Shown in pieces: positions 18,465 through 28,287 of a stretch of 64,000 bases of DNA (its first letter is position 1; each line of letters opens with the position of its first letter). Under the pieces are notes generated by a model. It searched no databases. It was not told the DNA's origin and saw only the letters and a list, made by a program, of their open reading frames with translations. Made by a program: the position numbers and the translations under genes. The stretch covers positions 2,944,001-3,008,000 of the forward strand of contig OY843592.1 in NCBI GenBank assembly GCA_963692865.2, in the 5' to 3' direction. This DNA is from a bacterium. Lineage in GTDB: Bacteria; UBA8248.

Positions 18465-21047
18465 ATGAACGAAACGTCCAACAGGCAAATCCGCAAGTTC
18501 AACCCGGGCGCATACCAGTCGGATGAGGAGTTGATGGAGCAATTCGTCGTCCGAAACCGCGAACTGGAAATCGTACTCGAAGTGCTCCGCGCGAACATCG
18601 ACTCCCCATCGTGTCAGCACGTTCTGGCCGTCGCCCCGCGCGGTCGAGGGAAAACCATGCTTCTGGCCCGCGCCGCAGCGGAAATCCGCGCAAACGACGA
18701 ACTCGCCCGACGCCTGTTGCCCGTCCGTTTCATGGAAGAGAGCCAAGAGATTTTCCATATGGCCGACTTCTGGCTGGAGGCGCTGTTTCACCTGGCCAGA
18801 GAGAGCGCCCCTCACGATCCCGAACTCGCGCAAGAACTGCGAGCTACGCACGCCGACCTGGCCGCTCACTGGGGAGATCGGTCGCTTGAAGACCGCGCCC
18901 GCGCCGCCGTTCTGCAGGCGGCGGATCGACTGGACAGAAAACTCGTGCTGATGGTCGAGAACCTGCAAGCTCTGTGCGACAGCGTGGATGCGGATTTCGG
19001 CTGGAAGCTGCGCGGGGCGTTGCAGTCCGAACCCAAGATAATGCTGCTCGCCTCCGCCACCAGCCGCTTCGAGAGTCTGGACGATGCGCAGCAACCCTTC
19101 TTCGAGTTGTTTCGTATCATCTGCCTGGAGCCGCTGACCACCGAAGAGTGCCGTCTCCTGTGGCAGGCGGTGAGTGGGGACGAAGTGAGCGGGCGCGAGA
19201 TCAGGCCGCTTCAGATACTGACCGGAGGCAGCCCCCGCCTCCTCGTCATCGTCGCCGGATTCGCGCGCCATCACTCCCTTCGCCAGTTGATGGAAGAGTT
19301 GGTGACGCTGATAGACGAGCACACCGAGTATTTCCGAAGCCATCTGGAAGTCCTGGCCAAAACTGAACGCCGCGTCTATCTCGCGGTAATCGACCTTTGG
19401 CGGCCGTCGAGCACCTCCGAAATCGCGGCGCGCGCGCGCATGGACGTTCGGACCGTATCGACCATGCTCGGGCGGCTTGTCGAGCGGGGTGCGGTGATCG
19501 TGGAAGGAAAAGGCAGGAAGCGCCATTACGCCGCCGCCGAACGTCTCTACAGCATTTACTACAAGCTGCGGCGCGAAAGAGACGAAGCGGCCGTCGTGGA
19601 GAATCTGATCCGTTTCATGGTGGTTTTCTACAACGAAGAAGAACGGGCGGAGATGTTCCCCCGGCTGATTCGGGAGGCGACGGAATCAGCCGCCATTCGG
19701 GAGGGTCTCGACAGGGCGGCCGCCGGACTCCCGGAATTCGAGAGCCTGTATACCGGCATCATGCAGAGAAGCCGGTGGGAGCATCTAGTGGAGGAGATTG
19801 CAACGGCGTTCAAAGGGAGGGACTTCCAGAAAGTCATCGAGACCATAGGCCGCGCGTTTGCCGTCGATGGCGCAAACCGGTCTCAAGCGTCGGAGTCCAT
19901 CATTGCCTGGCTATTGCTTCGGAAGGCGTATTCACATCAAGAACTAGGCGATTTCGAAGCGGCGATAACAACCTATGAAGAGATAGCCGAACGCTTTGCC
20001 GACAGCGACGAACCTGAAATCCAACAGCGCGTCGCTACGGCGTTGGTAGACAAGGGAGATGTGCTGGAAGAACTCGGCGACTTCAAGGCGGCGATTGCAA
20101 CATACAGTGAGTTAGTCAATCGTTTTGGTGGCAGCAACACACTGGATATCCAATGGTGGGTCGCTACAGCTTTGGTTTGCAATGGAAATGCACTGGAAGA
20201 ACTCGGGGATTTCGAAGCGGCGATTATCACCTACGAGGAAGTTGTCAAGCGTTTTTCAAACAGCAACGTACCTGAAATCCAGTGGTGGGTCGCTGCAGCG
20301 TTAATCAATCAGGGGGATGTACAAAGCGAACTTGGCAATTGCGAAGTAGCAATAGCGACTTACAATGAAGTAGTAAAGCGCTTTGGTAACATCAACTCGC
20401 CGGAGATTCAGGAGCGGGTCGCCGTTGCGTTGGTCTTCAAGGGAATTGTGCGAGAAAAACTCGGCGATTTCGAAAGGGCGATTGCGGCCTATAAAGAAGT
20501 GGTCGAACGTTTTATCGACAACAGTGCGCCGGAATTGCAATTGTGGATAGCGAGGGCATTAGCCGATATGAGTATTGCACAAACTCAAATCGGTCGCGCA
20601 GATGAAGCACTGCACACTTGCGAGGAACTCGAACGAAGACTCGGAACATTCCTGACCGGCGAAGAAGAAACCGAGTTTCGGTGGCGAGTGATGTACACGC
20701 GAGTCTTGGCTCTACTAGGAAAGGGAGAACACCGAGCCGCCATGGACGCGTTTCGCTCCGCGTATGTCGAGTTCCTTCCTCGCAACGAAATCCCGATTCA
20801 CGAAATGCTGCGATTAGTGCCTAACTTGATCGCAGCGGGCGCATCGACCCATAAGCTCGTCGAAATCCTCACGAGCGATGAGACGAAATCCGGCGCGTTG
20901 GCACCCCTGATCGTCGCCCTGCGTCAACATGCTGGCGAGGCTGTTCGTGCGCCGGCGGAAGTGCTCGAAGTGGCTGCGGATATCCTTGAACGTATCGAGG
21001 AACAATCAGAGAAAGGTGTTTCCGGGGCTTCCCGACAACCTGAATAA
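18465..21047 (+). CDS. ATPase - winged helix - 43-aa TPR-like repeat protein (NLR-like architecture)
   Basis: APRGRGKT, VLMVEN, TGGSPRL, HTH TSEIAARARMDVRTVSTMLGRLVERG, then ELGDF.AAI.TY repeats; start at MNETSN after AGAGGA. Confidence 0.8.
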   Translation: MNETSNRQIRKFNPGAYQSDEELMEQFVVRNRELEIVLEVLRANIDSPSCQHVLAVAPRGRGKTMLLARAAAEIRANDELARRLLPVRFMEESQEIFHMADFWLEALFHLARESAPHDPELAQELRATHADLAAHWGDRSLEDRARAAVLQAADRLDRKLVLMVENLQALCDSVDADFGWKLRGALQSEPKIMLLASATSRFESLDDAQQPFFELFRIICLEPLTTEECRLLWQAVSGDEVSGREIRPLQILTGGSPRLLVIVAGFARHHSLRQLMEELVTLIDEHTEYFRSHLEVLAKTERRVYLAVIDLWRPSSTSEIAARARMDVRTVSTMLGRLVERGAVIVEGKGRKRHYAAAERLYSIYYKLRRERDEAAVVENLIRFMVVFYNEEERAEMFPRLIREATESAAIREGLDRAAAGLPEFESLYTGIMQRSRWEHLVEEIATAFKGRDFQKVIETIGRAFAVDGANRSQASESIIAWLLLRKAYSHQELGDFEAAITTYEEIAERFADSDEPEIQQRVATALVDKGDVLEELGDFKAAIATYSELVNRFGGSNTLDIQWWVATALVCNGNALEELGDFEAAIITYEEVVKRFSNSNVPEIQWWVAAALINQGDVQSELGNCEVAIATYNEVVKRFGNINSPEIQERVAVALVFKGIVREKLGDFERAIAAYKEVVERFIDNSAPELQLWIARALADMSIAQTQIGRADEALHTCEELERRLGTFLTGEEETEFRWRVMYTRVLALLGKGEHRAAMDAFRSAYVEFLPRNEIPIHEMLRLVPNLIAAGASTHKLVEILTSDETKSGALAPLIVALRQHAGEAVRAPAEVLEVAADILERIEEQSEKGVSGASRQPE
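19941..20630 (+). repeat. Intragenic 129-bp (43-aa) tandem repeats, 5 full plus 1 partial
   Basis: Units begin at 19941, 20070, 20199, 20328, 20457 and 20586. Confidence 0.85.
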
Positions 21048-21078
21048 AGCCGCGTGGATATTCCCAACAACCTTCCCC

Positions 21079-22152
21079 TCACCCATTCCCAACCATCCGC
21101 GCCGCGAGGATGAGCGCATCCGCCATGCTGGCGGGGTCGGCGAGGCCGCGCCCGGCGATGGGATAGCCCGTCCCGTGCTCGACCGAGGTCCTGACGATAG
21201 GCAGGCCCAGCGTGACGTTGACGCCGCGCACGCTCGCCTGCCCCCGGGAGTCGAAGCGAAAGCACATCAGCTTGCCCGGAATGTGGCCCTGATCGTGATA
21301 CATGGCCACGACGCCGCTGTAGTAGCCGCCGCGCAGTTTGCCGAAAATCGTGTCCGGCGGCTCCGGGCCGTGCGCGTCGACGCCCATCTTCCTTAAATCC
21401 GCAACCGCAGGCGCGATTTCCTCCATCTCCTCTTTTCCGAACAGACCCGCCTCGCCCGCGTGGGGATTGAGCCCCGCAACGCCGATTCTGGGCGTTTTGC
21501 GGTCGAGCAGGCGCAGGGCGTCGTCCAGAACGCGCGCCACGTAGACGATTCTCTTTTGCTTGACGCGCCGGAGCGCGACTCGCAAGGGGCAGTGGGTGGA
21601 CAGGTGCGCGATGCGAATCCCCCGGTGCGCCAACATCATCACGGGCTGGCCGCCGTTGCACAGATCGGCGAGCATTTCGGTATGGCCGGGGTAGTCGTAG
21701 CCTCCGGCTTGCAGGGATTCCTTGTTGATCGGCGCAGTCGCTATGGCGTCCACAAAGCCCGCGCGCGCCATCGAGACGGCCCTTTCGATGTACCGGCCCG
21801 CCGCCGCACCCAGTTCGGGGAGAACTTTTCCGTACACGCGGTGCTCGGGAGCGACGTTTTTGAGATCGATCACGGGCGTGGCGGCCGAGCCTTCGTATTG
21901 CGCCAGTTTCGCCTCATCGGTTACCCGCTCCAGACGCGCGGGAATCTTCATCCGCCGGGCGTGTTTCCTGAGCACGGCCATATCGCCCACGATGAGGGGC
22001 GCGCATTTTTTCAGCACGCTCGGCTCCAGAGCGGCCTTGAGGCACACCTCGGGTCCCACCCCCGCCGGGTCTCCCATGGTCATGGCGATTACGGGTCTTC
22101 GCTTCAACGCGGCTTCCTTTTCTGCTCGGCGCGTCATGCGCAGAAAACGCAC
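21079..22152 (-). CDS. pdxA: 4-hydroxythreonine-4-phosphate dehydrogenase
   Basis: TMGDPAGVGPE, TAPINKE, GHTE, LNPHAGE, MYHDQG and RTSVEHGT; start position uncertain. Confidence 0.92.
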   Translation of the reverse strand: MRFLRMTRRAEKEAALKRRPVIAMTMGDPAGVGPEVCLKAALEPSVLKKCAPLIVGDMAVLRKHARRMKIPARLERVTDEAKLAQYEGSAATPVIDLKNVAPEHRVYGKVLPELGAAAGRYIERAVSMARAGFVDAIATAPINKESLQAGGYDYPGHTEMLADLCNGGQPVMMLAHRGIRIAHLSTHCPLRVALRRVKQKRIVYVARVLDDALRLLDRKTPRIGVAGLNPHAGEAGLFGKEEMEEIAPAVADLRKMGVDAHGPEPPDTIFGKLRGGYYSGVVAMYHDQGHIPGKLMCFRFDSRGQASVRGVNVTLGLPIVRTSVEHGTGYPIAGRGLADPASMADALILAARMVGNG

Positions 22153-22319
22153 CCCGTCCGCAAGAATCCAAGCATATCACTTCGGGCAGGTTATCATATT
22201 CCCGCCGTCTCCGATTCGAGCAAAAATTTCGCCGGGAACCCTTGACTTCAAAGACGCGCGGCGCGGAAGATGGCCCTTCGGCAGATGAGAATATGCAATT
22301 CCCACCGAGAGGAAAATCC

Positions 22320-22829
22320 TTGAGCGATAAGGGCGCAAGCGCACAGAAAACCGTTCAGAAACTTCACGAACTCGGCTTCACGCACGCTCTCATGATCCCC
22401 GACAGCGAGAGCCGTCTTCTATACGAAGCGCTGGAAAACGACCCCGAAATCGACCTGATCACCCCCTGCCGGGAGGGAGAGTCGGTCGCCATTGCGGCAG
22501 GACTCTGGACGGGCGGCCTCAAACCCTTGCTCGTCATTCAGAACACGGGCCTGATGGAGGCGGGAGACTCCCTGAGGGGCTGCGGCGTCGGCCCCAGGGT
22601 GCCCCTGCGCATGATGGTCGGCTGGCGGGGGTACGGCGGGGCGATGGCGGGCAAGCTCCCCATCGATTCGGCCTATACCTTCACGGAGCCGCTGTTCGGG
22701 GCGTGGAAAATCCCGACCTGGCGCCTCATGTCCGACGACGACCTGGGAACGCTCGAACTGATGGACCAAACTGCGGCGGATACTTCCTATCCGGCGGCCG
22801 TGATCACCGGCTACGGGTTCAAACCCTGA
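22320..22829 (+). CDS. TPP-dependent decarboxylase alpha subunit (sulfopyruvate/phosphonopyruvate decarboxylase-like)
   Basis: IPDS, REGESVAIAAG and IQNTGL motifs. Confidence 0.75.
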   Translation: MSDKGASAQKTVQKLHELGFTHALMIPDSESRLLYEALENDPEIDLITPCREGESVAIAAGLWTGGLKPLLVIQNTGLMEAGDSLRGCGVGPRVPLRMMVGWRGYGGAMAGKLPIDSAYTFTEPLFGAWKIPTWRLMSDDDLGTLELMDQTAADTSYPAAVITGYGFKP

Positions 22830-22842
22830 AAGGCGGACTCCC

Positions 22843-23427
22843 TTGATAGAGCGCATGGATCTGTTCCGAACCGTGGCGGAACAAAGGACAAACGAGATCG
22901 TGGTGATGACGATGACGGCCACCCTGCAGTGGCCGCTGGTTTCCGAGAGTGACCTCGATTTCGATTTTCTGGCCTTCGGCATGGGGCACGCCGCCGATTT
23001 CGGCTTAGGGTTAGCCATCGCCCGGCCCGAGCGAAAAACCATCGTCTGGAAGGGCGACGGGGGAATGCTGATGAGCCTGGGCTCGCTGGTGACGCTGGCG
23101 CGGTATGCGCCGGAAAACCTCGTGGTCTTCCTGCTCGAGAACAGGAGCTACGAGATGGTGGGCGGGCAGGAGCTCCCCCCTCGGGCCGATTTCGTCGAAC
23201 TGGCGCGCGCCTCGGGATTCGAGGGCGGCGGAGCGACGTCCAAAGGCAAGGTCGAGCAAATCGATTCTCTCGAAGCGTTTCAGAACGCCCTGCCCCGCAT
23301 ACTTGCCGAGGCGGGTCCCCATTTCATCGTTTTGCCGGTTACGAACAGGGAAAAACTTCCGCCGGTGAACCACTCCGATCATGCAGGGAGAATCCGGGGC
23401 CTGAGAAAGGCCCTGAACGTTTCATAA
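22843..23427 (+). CDS. TPP-dependent decarboxylase beta subunit (ComE-like)
   Basis: MGHA..GLGLA and the GDGGMLM...N TPP-binding motif. Confidence 0.8.
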   Translation: MIERMDLFRTVAEQRTNEIVVMTMTATLQWPLVSESDLDFDFLAFGMGHAADFGLGLAIARPERKTIVWKGDGGMLMSLGSLVTLARYAPENLVVFLLENRSYEMVGGQELPPRADFVELARASGFEGGGATSKGKVEQIDSLEAFQNALPRILAEAGPHFIVLPVTNREKLPPVNHSDHAGRIRGLRKALNVS

Positions 23428-23442
23428 GCCCCCCACAGGGCC

Positions 23443-24132
23443 TCACTTGTGAACCAATACCCTCCCCAGTTCGTCGAGCGAGGTGATTTCCGCGTCGATT
23501 TCATGCGGGACGCGCTCTTTTTTCTGCGCAAAGCGATTCACCCAGACGACGCGGTACCCGAAATGAGAAGCGCCCGCGATGTCCCAGCCGTTTGAGGAGA
23601 AAAAACATATCCTATCGGCGGGAACACCAAGGCGGTCCACCGCCAGTTGATAGACCGATGCGTGCACCTTGAATATCCCCACACTCTCTACGGACAGGAT
23701 TTCTTCGAGATATTCCTCGATTCCGGCGTTTTTCACCGCGCTGTCGAGCATTTCGGGAGAACCGTTCGAGAGAATCGCGGCCCGTACTCCGTCTTCCCGC
23801 AGCTTTTTGAGCACGCCCCCCACTTCAGGGTACGCGCTCAGTTGCTTGTAGAGCATCATGAGTTCTTCGCGAAGGCCCGGTCTCTCCATTCCCAGCGTAT
23901 CCATGGCGAAATCGAGCGCATCGCCCGTTACCCGCCAGAAATCCGCATGGTTGCCCATCAGGCTTCTCAGCCACGTATATTCGATCTGCTTGGTGCGCCA
24001 GAGCGAGGAGAGCGCCTGCCACCCCTCGCCGATTTCTGATTGTTTTTCCGCCGCCGCAGCGGACACGTCGAACAGGGTGCCGTAGGCGTCGAACAGACAC
24101 AGGTCGATTTCATGATCACCCAGCAGGAGCAT
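23443..24132 (-). CDS. Haloacid dehalogenase type II
   Basis: FDAYGTLFDV, WRTKQIEY, LSNG and SSNGWD motifs. Confidence 0.92.
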   Translation of the reverse strand: MLLLGDHEIDLCLFDAYGTLFDVSAAAAEKQSEIGEGWQALSSLWRTKQIEYTWLRSLMGNHADFWRVTGDALDFAMDTLGMERPGLREELMMLYKQLSAYPEVGGVLKKLREDGVRAAILSNGSPEMLDSAVKNAGIEEYLEEILSVESVGIFKVHASVYQLAVDRLGVPADRICFFSSNGWDIAGASHFGYRVVWVNRFAQKKERVPHEIDAEITSLDELGRVLVHK

Positions 24133-24168
24133 CTGTCATCCACCTCCTCGAAGTGCGGGGATTCCCCG

Positions 24169-25143
24169 CTAGGGCGCCAAATTTATCTTGCCCAAAAACT
24201 TGCCGCTCAGAAGAACCTCGTGCGATTCGTTCGCCTGCCCCAGCGGAAGCTCTCGTCCGATATGCGGCTTGACGGCTCCGCCCTCCAGTAAGGGCTCCAG
24301 ACGCTTCAGAATGCCCGGGACGAGGGGATTCAGATTGCCCGATGAGAGCGCCAGTATCCGGGCGTCCCGCCCCATGGCCGCAGGCAGGGGAATCGTCACA
24401 TCCGGCCCTTTGCCCGTTCCGGTCCCAACGATGACGATCCGGCCGTTGATGGCGTTGAGCTTGAGATCCGAAGGCAGGTTGTCACAGCCTATGTTTTCGA
24501 CGACGACATCGACGCCACGGCCCGAAGTCAACTCCATCACGCGCTCGGGCACGTCTTCTTCCCTGTAATTGATGGCCGCATCGGCGCCCGCCGCCAGGCA
24601 AAAGTCCGCCTTCTCCTTGGAACTCACCGTCGCAAACACCCGGCAGCCCATCGCGCGGGCGAGCTGAACCGCCAGATAACCCACGCCGCCGGCTCCCCCC
24701 TGCACGAGCACGCAATCGCCCGGAGCCGCCTCTCCCTTCACAACCAGGGCGTTCCAGGCCGTAAGGAGCGGGATTGGCAGCGCGGCCCCTTCCGCGAAGG
24801 AGATGGAATCCGGCAGTTTTCCCGTCGAGCCTGCGGGAATCAGCCCTTTTTCGGCGTACGCTCCGGTGGACGCCCTGCCCCACACCCTGTCGCCCGGCGC
24901 AAACGCCTCGACGCCCTCGCCCACCGCCTCCACTTCACCCGCGACGTCCGTGCCGCAGGTATAGGGCAGCGTCATCGCCCCCGCGCGCGGATGATTCCCC
25001 GTGCGTATGGCGACTTCCAGAGGGTTCACTCCCGCCGCTGCGATTCGCACCAGCATCTCCCCCGGCCCAGGCTTCGGCTCCGCCACTTCCTCCAACTCCA
25101 TCGGATTCTCCAGCCCGAACCGCATCACTCTCACAGCTTTCAT
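24169..25143 (-). CDS. NADPH:quinone oxidoreductase (zeta-crystallin/MDR family)
   Basis: GVNP, GTDVAG, VLVQGGAGGVG and GRGVDVV motifs. Confidence 0.9.
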   Translation of the reverse strand: MKAVRVMRFGLENPMELEEVAEPKPGPGEMLVRIAAAGVNPLEVAIRTGNHPRAGAMTLPYTCGTDVAGEVEAVGEGVEAFAPGDRVWGRASTGAYAEKGLIPAGSTGKLPDSISFAEGAALPIPLLTAWNALVVKGEAAPGDCVLVQGGAGGVGYLAVQLARAMGCRVFATVSSKEKADFCLAAGADAAINYREEDVPERVMELTSGRGVDVVVENIGCDNLPSDLKLNAINGRIVIVGTGTGKGPDVTIPLPAAMGRDARILALSSGNLNPLVPGILKRLEPLLEGGAVKPHIGRELPLGQANESHEVLLSGKFLGKINLAP

Positions 25144-25173
25144 CTCGCTCTCCTTCTTTGCCTCGGTTCGCGG

Positions 25174-26148
25174 CTACGGAACCAGAACGACCTTGCCCAG
25201 GAACTGACCTTCCAGAACATAATCATGCGCCTCGTTCGCTTCCTCGAAACTCGACGCCTTGTCGACGTTGATCTTAAACGCCCCCTCTTGCAGCAGGGGC
25301 GTGAAACGGCGCACCAGCTCCGGCATTTTCGGAAACAGATTCACCACGGCCAGCCCCAGCACCACGGCGTCTTTCGTCATGACTGCAGGCACCCGGAATT
25401 CCGCGCCCGGCCCTTTCCCCGTGCCCGTGCCGATGACGATGATTCTCCCATCCACCCGGATGGCGTCCAGGTCCTTGTCGAAATTATCGCAGGCGCAAAG
25501 CTCGACGACGACGTCGACGCCGCGTCCGCTGGTGAGCTCCATGCAACGCTCGGCGAAATCCTCCTCGCGGTAGTTAATCGTCTCGTCCGCGCCCATGTCC
25601 TGGCAGAACTTCGCCTTCGCATCGGAACTCACCGTCGCGAAAACGCGGCACCCCAGACGCTTGGCGAGCTGAATCGCCGCCATGCCGACGCCTCCCGCGC
25701 CGCCTTGCACCAGCACCGTCTCGCCGGGGCCCGCGTTGGCCTTGATGACGAGCGCGTTCCAGGCCGTGTAGAACGCCACCGTGATGCACGCCCCCTCTTC
25801 ATAAGAGTAGGCCTCGGGCAACTCGGCCGTAGCGTCGGCCGCGAGCCGCACGTTCTCGGCGTAGCTTCCGCCGATGGCGCGGCCGTATACGCGCTCCCCG
25901 ATCCGCCGGCCCGCCACACCATCGCCCAAGGCGATGATCTCTCCCGCCGCCTCGGCTCCGGGAACATAAGGCGGCGTAACCAGTTTGGCGTAAGGGTGCT
26001 TGGCGGCCCGAATGGCAAGGTCCACCGGGTTCACACCGACTGCCCCGGCCTTAATCAGCACTTCGCCGGGCGCAGGCTTCGCGTCTTCCACCTCATCCAC
26101 CCGCATGGGAACGTCCATGTTGAATTGATGCACGCGCACGGCTTTCAT
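25174..26148 (-). CDS. NADPH:quinone oxidoreductase (tandem paralogue)
   Basis: Same motifs and the same 324-aa length as the neighbour. Confidence 0.9.
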   Translation of the reverse strand: MKAVRVHQFNMDVPMRVDEVEDAKPAPGEVLIKAGAVGVNPVDLAIRAAKHPYAKLVTPPYVPGAEAAGEIIALGDGVAGRRIGERVYGRAIGGSYAENVRLAADATAELPEAYSYEEGACITVAFYTAWNALVIKANAGPGETVLVQGGAGGVGMAAIQLAKRLGCRVFATVSSDAKAKFCQDMGADETINYREEDFAERCMELTSGRGVDVVVELCACDNFDKDLDAIRVDGRIIVIGTGTGKGPGAEFRVPAVMTKDAVVLGLAVVNLFPKMPELVRRFTPLLQEGAFKINVDKASSFEEANEAHDYVLEGQFLGKVVLVP

Positions 26149-26244
26149 CAGAATTCACTCTCCTCGGTTTTGAGAATCAGTCCGAAAGTTATCGAACGAT
26201 AGAAAGAATCCACCTCATAACTCATAAAAACATACGAAGAATCA

Positions 26245-27096
26245 CTAATACTCATCCGTCCAGCTTCTGCGGCGTCTTTCGCCTGCGTCACATGGCGGGG
26301 CCGCTCTCGACACCAGAACGGCGCTTTCCGGAGGGTCCGGCGGATCAACCGCTCGTTTCTTTTCTTTTTCCGGCAAGTTGACAATCTCCAGAATCAGTTT
26401 CCTGCGGATGGCGCGTCCGAAAGACTTGAAATCATTCGCTACCACCAGGAAAGCGCGCCTGCCTCCGATGACGCATTTCCTGTAATACAGATCCAGGTTC
26501 GGCATCGGCATCCTTCCCCAGGGGCTCGGACGGTTGTTCATGATGGGAAGCCCGTTAATCGTCACGCCGGCGCGCAAGGCCTTGTCCCGCGCATGAATCA
26601 CGAAATCTCCGCTGTTGTTCGGACCGTCGCCGGAAATGTCGATTACGCGGCGCTCACTCTTGTAACCGTTGTTCTCGAACAAGGGAAGTGCGAACTCTAT
26701 CGCGCCGCTGATTGAGGTGTAGGGACCCACCCCCACCGGTTTTCGAGAGAGCTCGGAAGCGAACTCCTCGGCGCTCGCTTTGTCATGAATCTGCCTCCAG
26801 CCCACGACGACTCTCTGGAAATCGAAGCCCGCCCATTCCATATAACTGACCGCAATGCTTTTGCGCCTCCCGGATTGAATGGCGCGCAAAACCGAGGGGG
26901 AGCGAAAGGCGTCCACGTACCCCATCCGCTGGAGCTTGCCTTCTTCCTCGTCCACGCTCCCGGAAACATCGACGGCCAGGACGAGTTCCAAATCCACACC
27001 GACCGGAGCAGGCCACGCGAGACTCGAACCCAGCAGAATCGCGAAACCAGCCATGAGCACCGCCCGACCGCCTCCCACCCTCAGGTAGCGCATCAT
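26245..27096 (-). CDS. DUF1194 vWA-like secreted protein
   Basis: Signal-like N-terminus, LVLAVDVSGSVD, RVIDISGDGPNN, VIGG and IRRKLILEI. Confidence 0.85.
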   Translation of the reverse strand: MMRYLRVGGGRAVLMAGFAILLGSSLAWPAPVGVDLELVLAVDVSGSVDEEEGKLQRMGYVDAFRSPSVLRAIQSGRRKSIAVSYMEWAGFDFQRVVVGWRQIHDKASAEEFASELSRKPVGVGPYTSISGAIEFALPLFENNGYKSERRVIDISGDGPNNSGDFVIHARDKALRAGVTINGLPIMNNRPSPWGRMPMPNLDLYYRKCVIGGRRAFLVVANDFKSFGRAIRRKLILEIVNLPEKEKKRAVDPPDPPESAVLVSRAAPPCDAGERRRRSWTDEY

Positions 27097-27135
27097 TTCC
27101 GCCCGCTCCTCGGGTTTTCGCGAATCACCGGAGAA

Positions 27136-28149
27136 TCACTTCTCTTTCAAAACGCCGGCAGCGGATTCCAGTTCCAGGCGAATCTGTTCTATCAGGGAGG
27201 CATACATGTGTTTTTCTGTCAGCAACGCCCTGGTCTCCTCCGCCACTTCCCGCCGTTTGCCCAAGGCGTAATCACAGCGAAGAATCCGCCACCGCGAAAA
27301 CCGGCGGTAGAGTTTCGTGATGTCGCCTTCGGACCGATTGAATCTCGACTGCAATTTCGCATATTCCGCTCGCGCGCGCGGGTAATCCCCCGCGATGAAA
27401 AAACTTTCCGCATACGCGATGTCGTACAAGGGGTTCTTTGGATAGCGCCCGCGCAGGAACGCGGCGTCCTTTCGCGCCTCCTTGAATTTCTCCACCCGGT
27501 AGAGCGCCCAAATGAGAGCCAGCCGCGCCGAATTGGATATCCACCCTTTTGCATCGACCGCGCGGCGCAGATAGGTCCTGCCCTTCCCGCTCGTATCGCC
27601 GATGAAAAACCGGAACATCCTCACCCAGCTCTCGGTGCTTCCCCGGATGTGGTAAATCCCCAGCCCGTAGTAGGCGTCGTGAAGTTTCGGATCCAGTTCG
27701 AGCGCCTTTTCCAAGTGCTCCTGCATGGCGCCGGCACGCAGGAACGCTGTGAGGTAGCTGCCGCCGTCGAGCGCGTCGACGATCCGCATGCCCTCCGTCA
27801 GGCCGGCGACGAGGAGGGCTCTCGTGTCTTTCGGGTTTTTCTCCAGCAAAGCCTCGGAGAGGGCGAGGGCCTTCTCCGCGTTTTTCCGCCATGTTTCCTT
27901 ATAGCCCTTGCGCTGGATATGCCCTTTGAGTATGTGGAAAACCGACGCCTTGAAGAAATATCCCTCCGGGCGCTCGGGCGACGACGAGATCACGCGATCA
28001 AACGTATCCGAGGCGGCCGAATAATCGCCGGAGGCGACCTGCTCGAGGCCTGCGTCAATCGACTTTACATTCAGGGGCGCGCCATGACACACGCTCGCCG
28101 AGACCGAGGAAACGACGAACAAAACACACGCTTTCATATATTGGCGCAA
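27136..28149 (-). CDS. TPR-containing exported protein
   Basis: Signal-like N-terminus; TPR helices such as LEKALELDPKLHDAYYGLG. Confidence 0.7.
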   Translation of the reverse strand: MRQYMKACVLFVVSSVSASVCHGAPLNVKSIDAGLEQVASGDYSAASDTFDRVISSSPERPEGYFFKASVFHILKGHIQRKGYKETWRKNAEKALALSEALLEKNPKDTRALLVAGLTEGMRIVDALDGGSYLTAFLRAGAMQEHLEKALELDPKLHDAYYGLGIYHIRGSTESWVRMFRFFIGDTSGKGRTYLRRAVDAKGWISNSARLALIWALYRVEKFKEARKDAAFLRGRYPKNPLYDIAYAESFFIAGDYPRARAEYAKLQSRFNRSEGDITKLYRRFSRWRILRCDYALGKRREVAEETRALLTEKHMYASLIEQIRLELESAAGVLKEK

Positions 28150-28287
28150 GTCGGCTCCTCCGGTGAGCAGGCGGCGACAGCCTCCGGGGTCGGGCGGGCG
28201 TTTCCCCGAAGGACGGTTTGCCCGCGCTCGGGATTGGGCCTATCGTAGTATTGATGATTCGGGTATTTCAACCACGGCGGGGCGACG

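Noticed and set aside
19941-20630. Diversity-generating retroelement target
   Set aside because: No reverse transcriptase or template repeat, and differences between repeats are not adenine-specific
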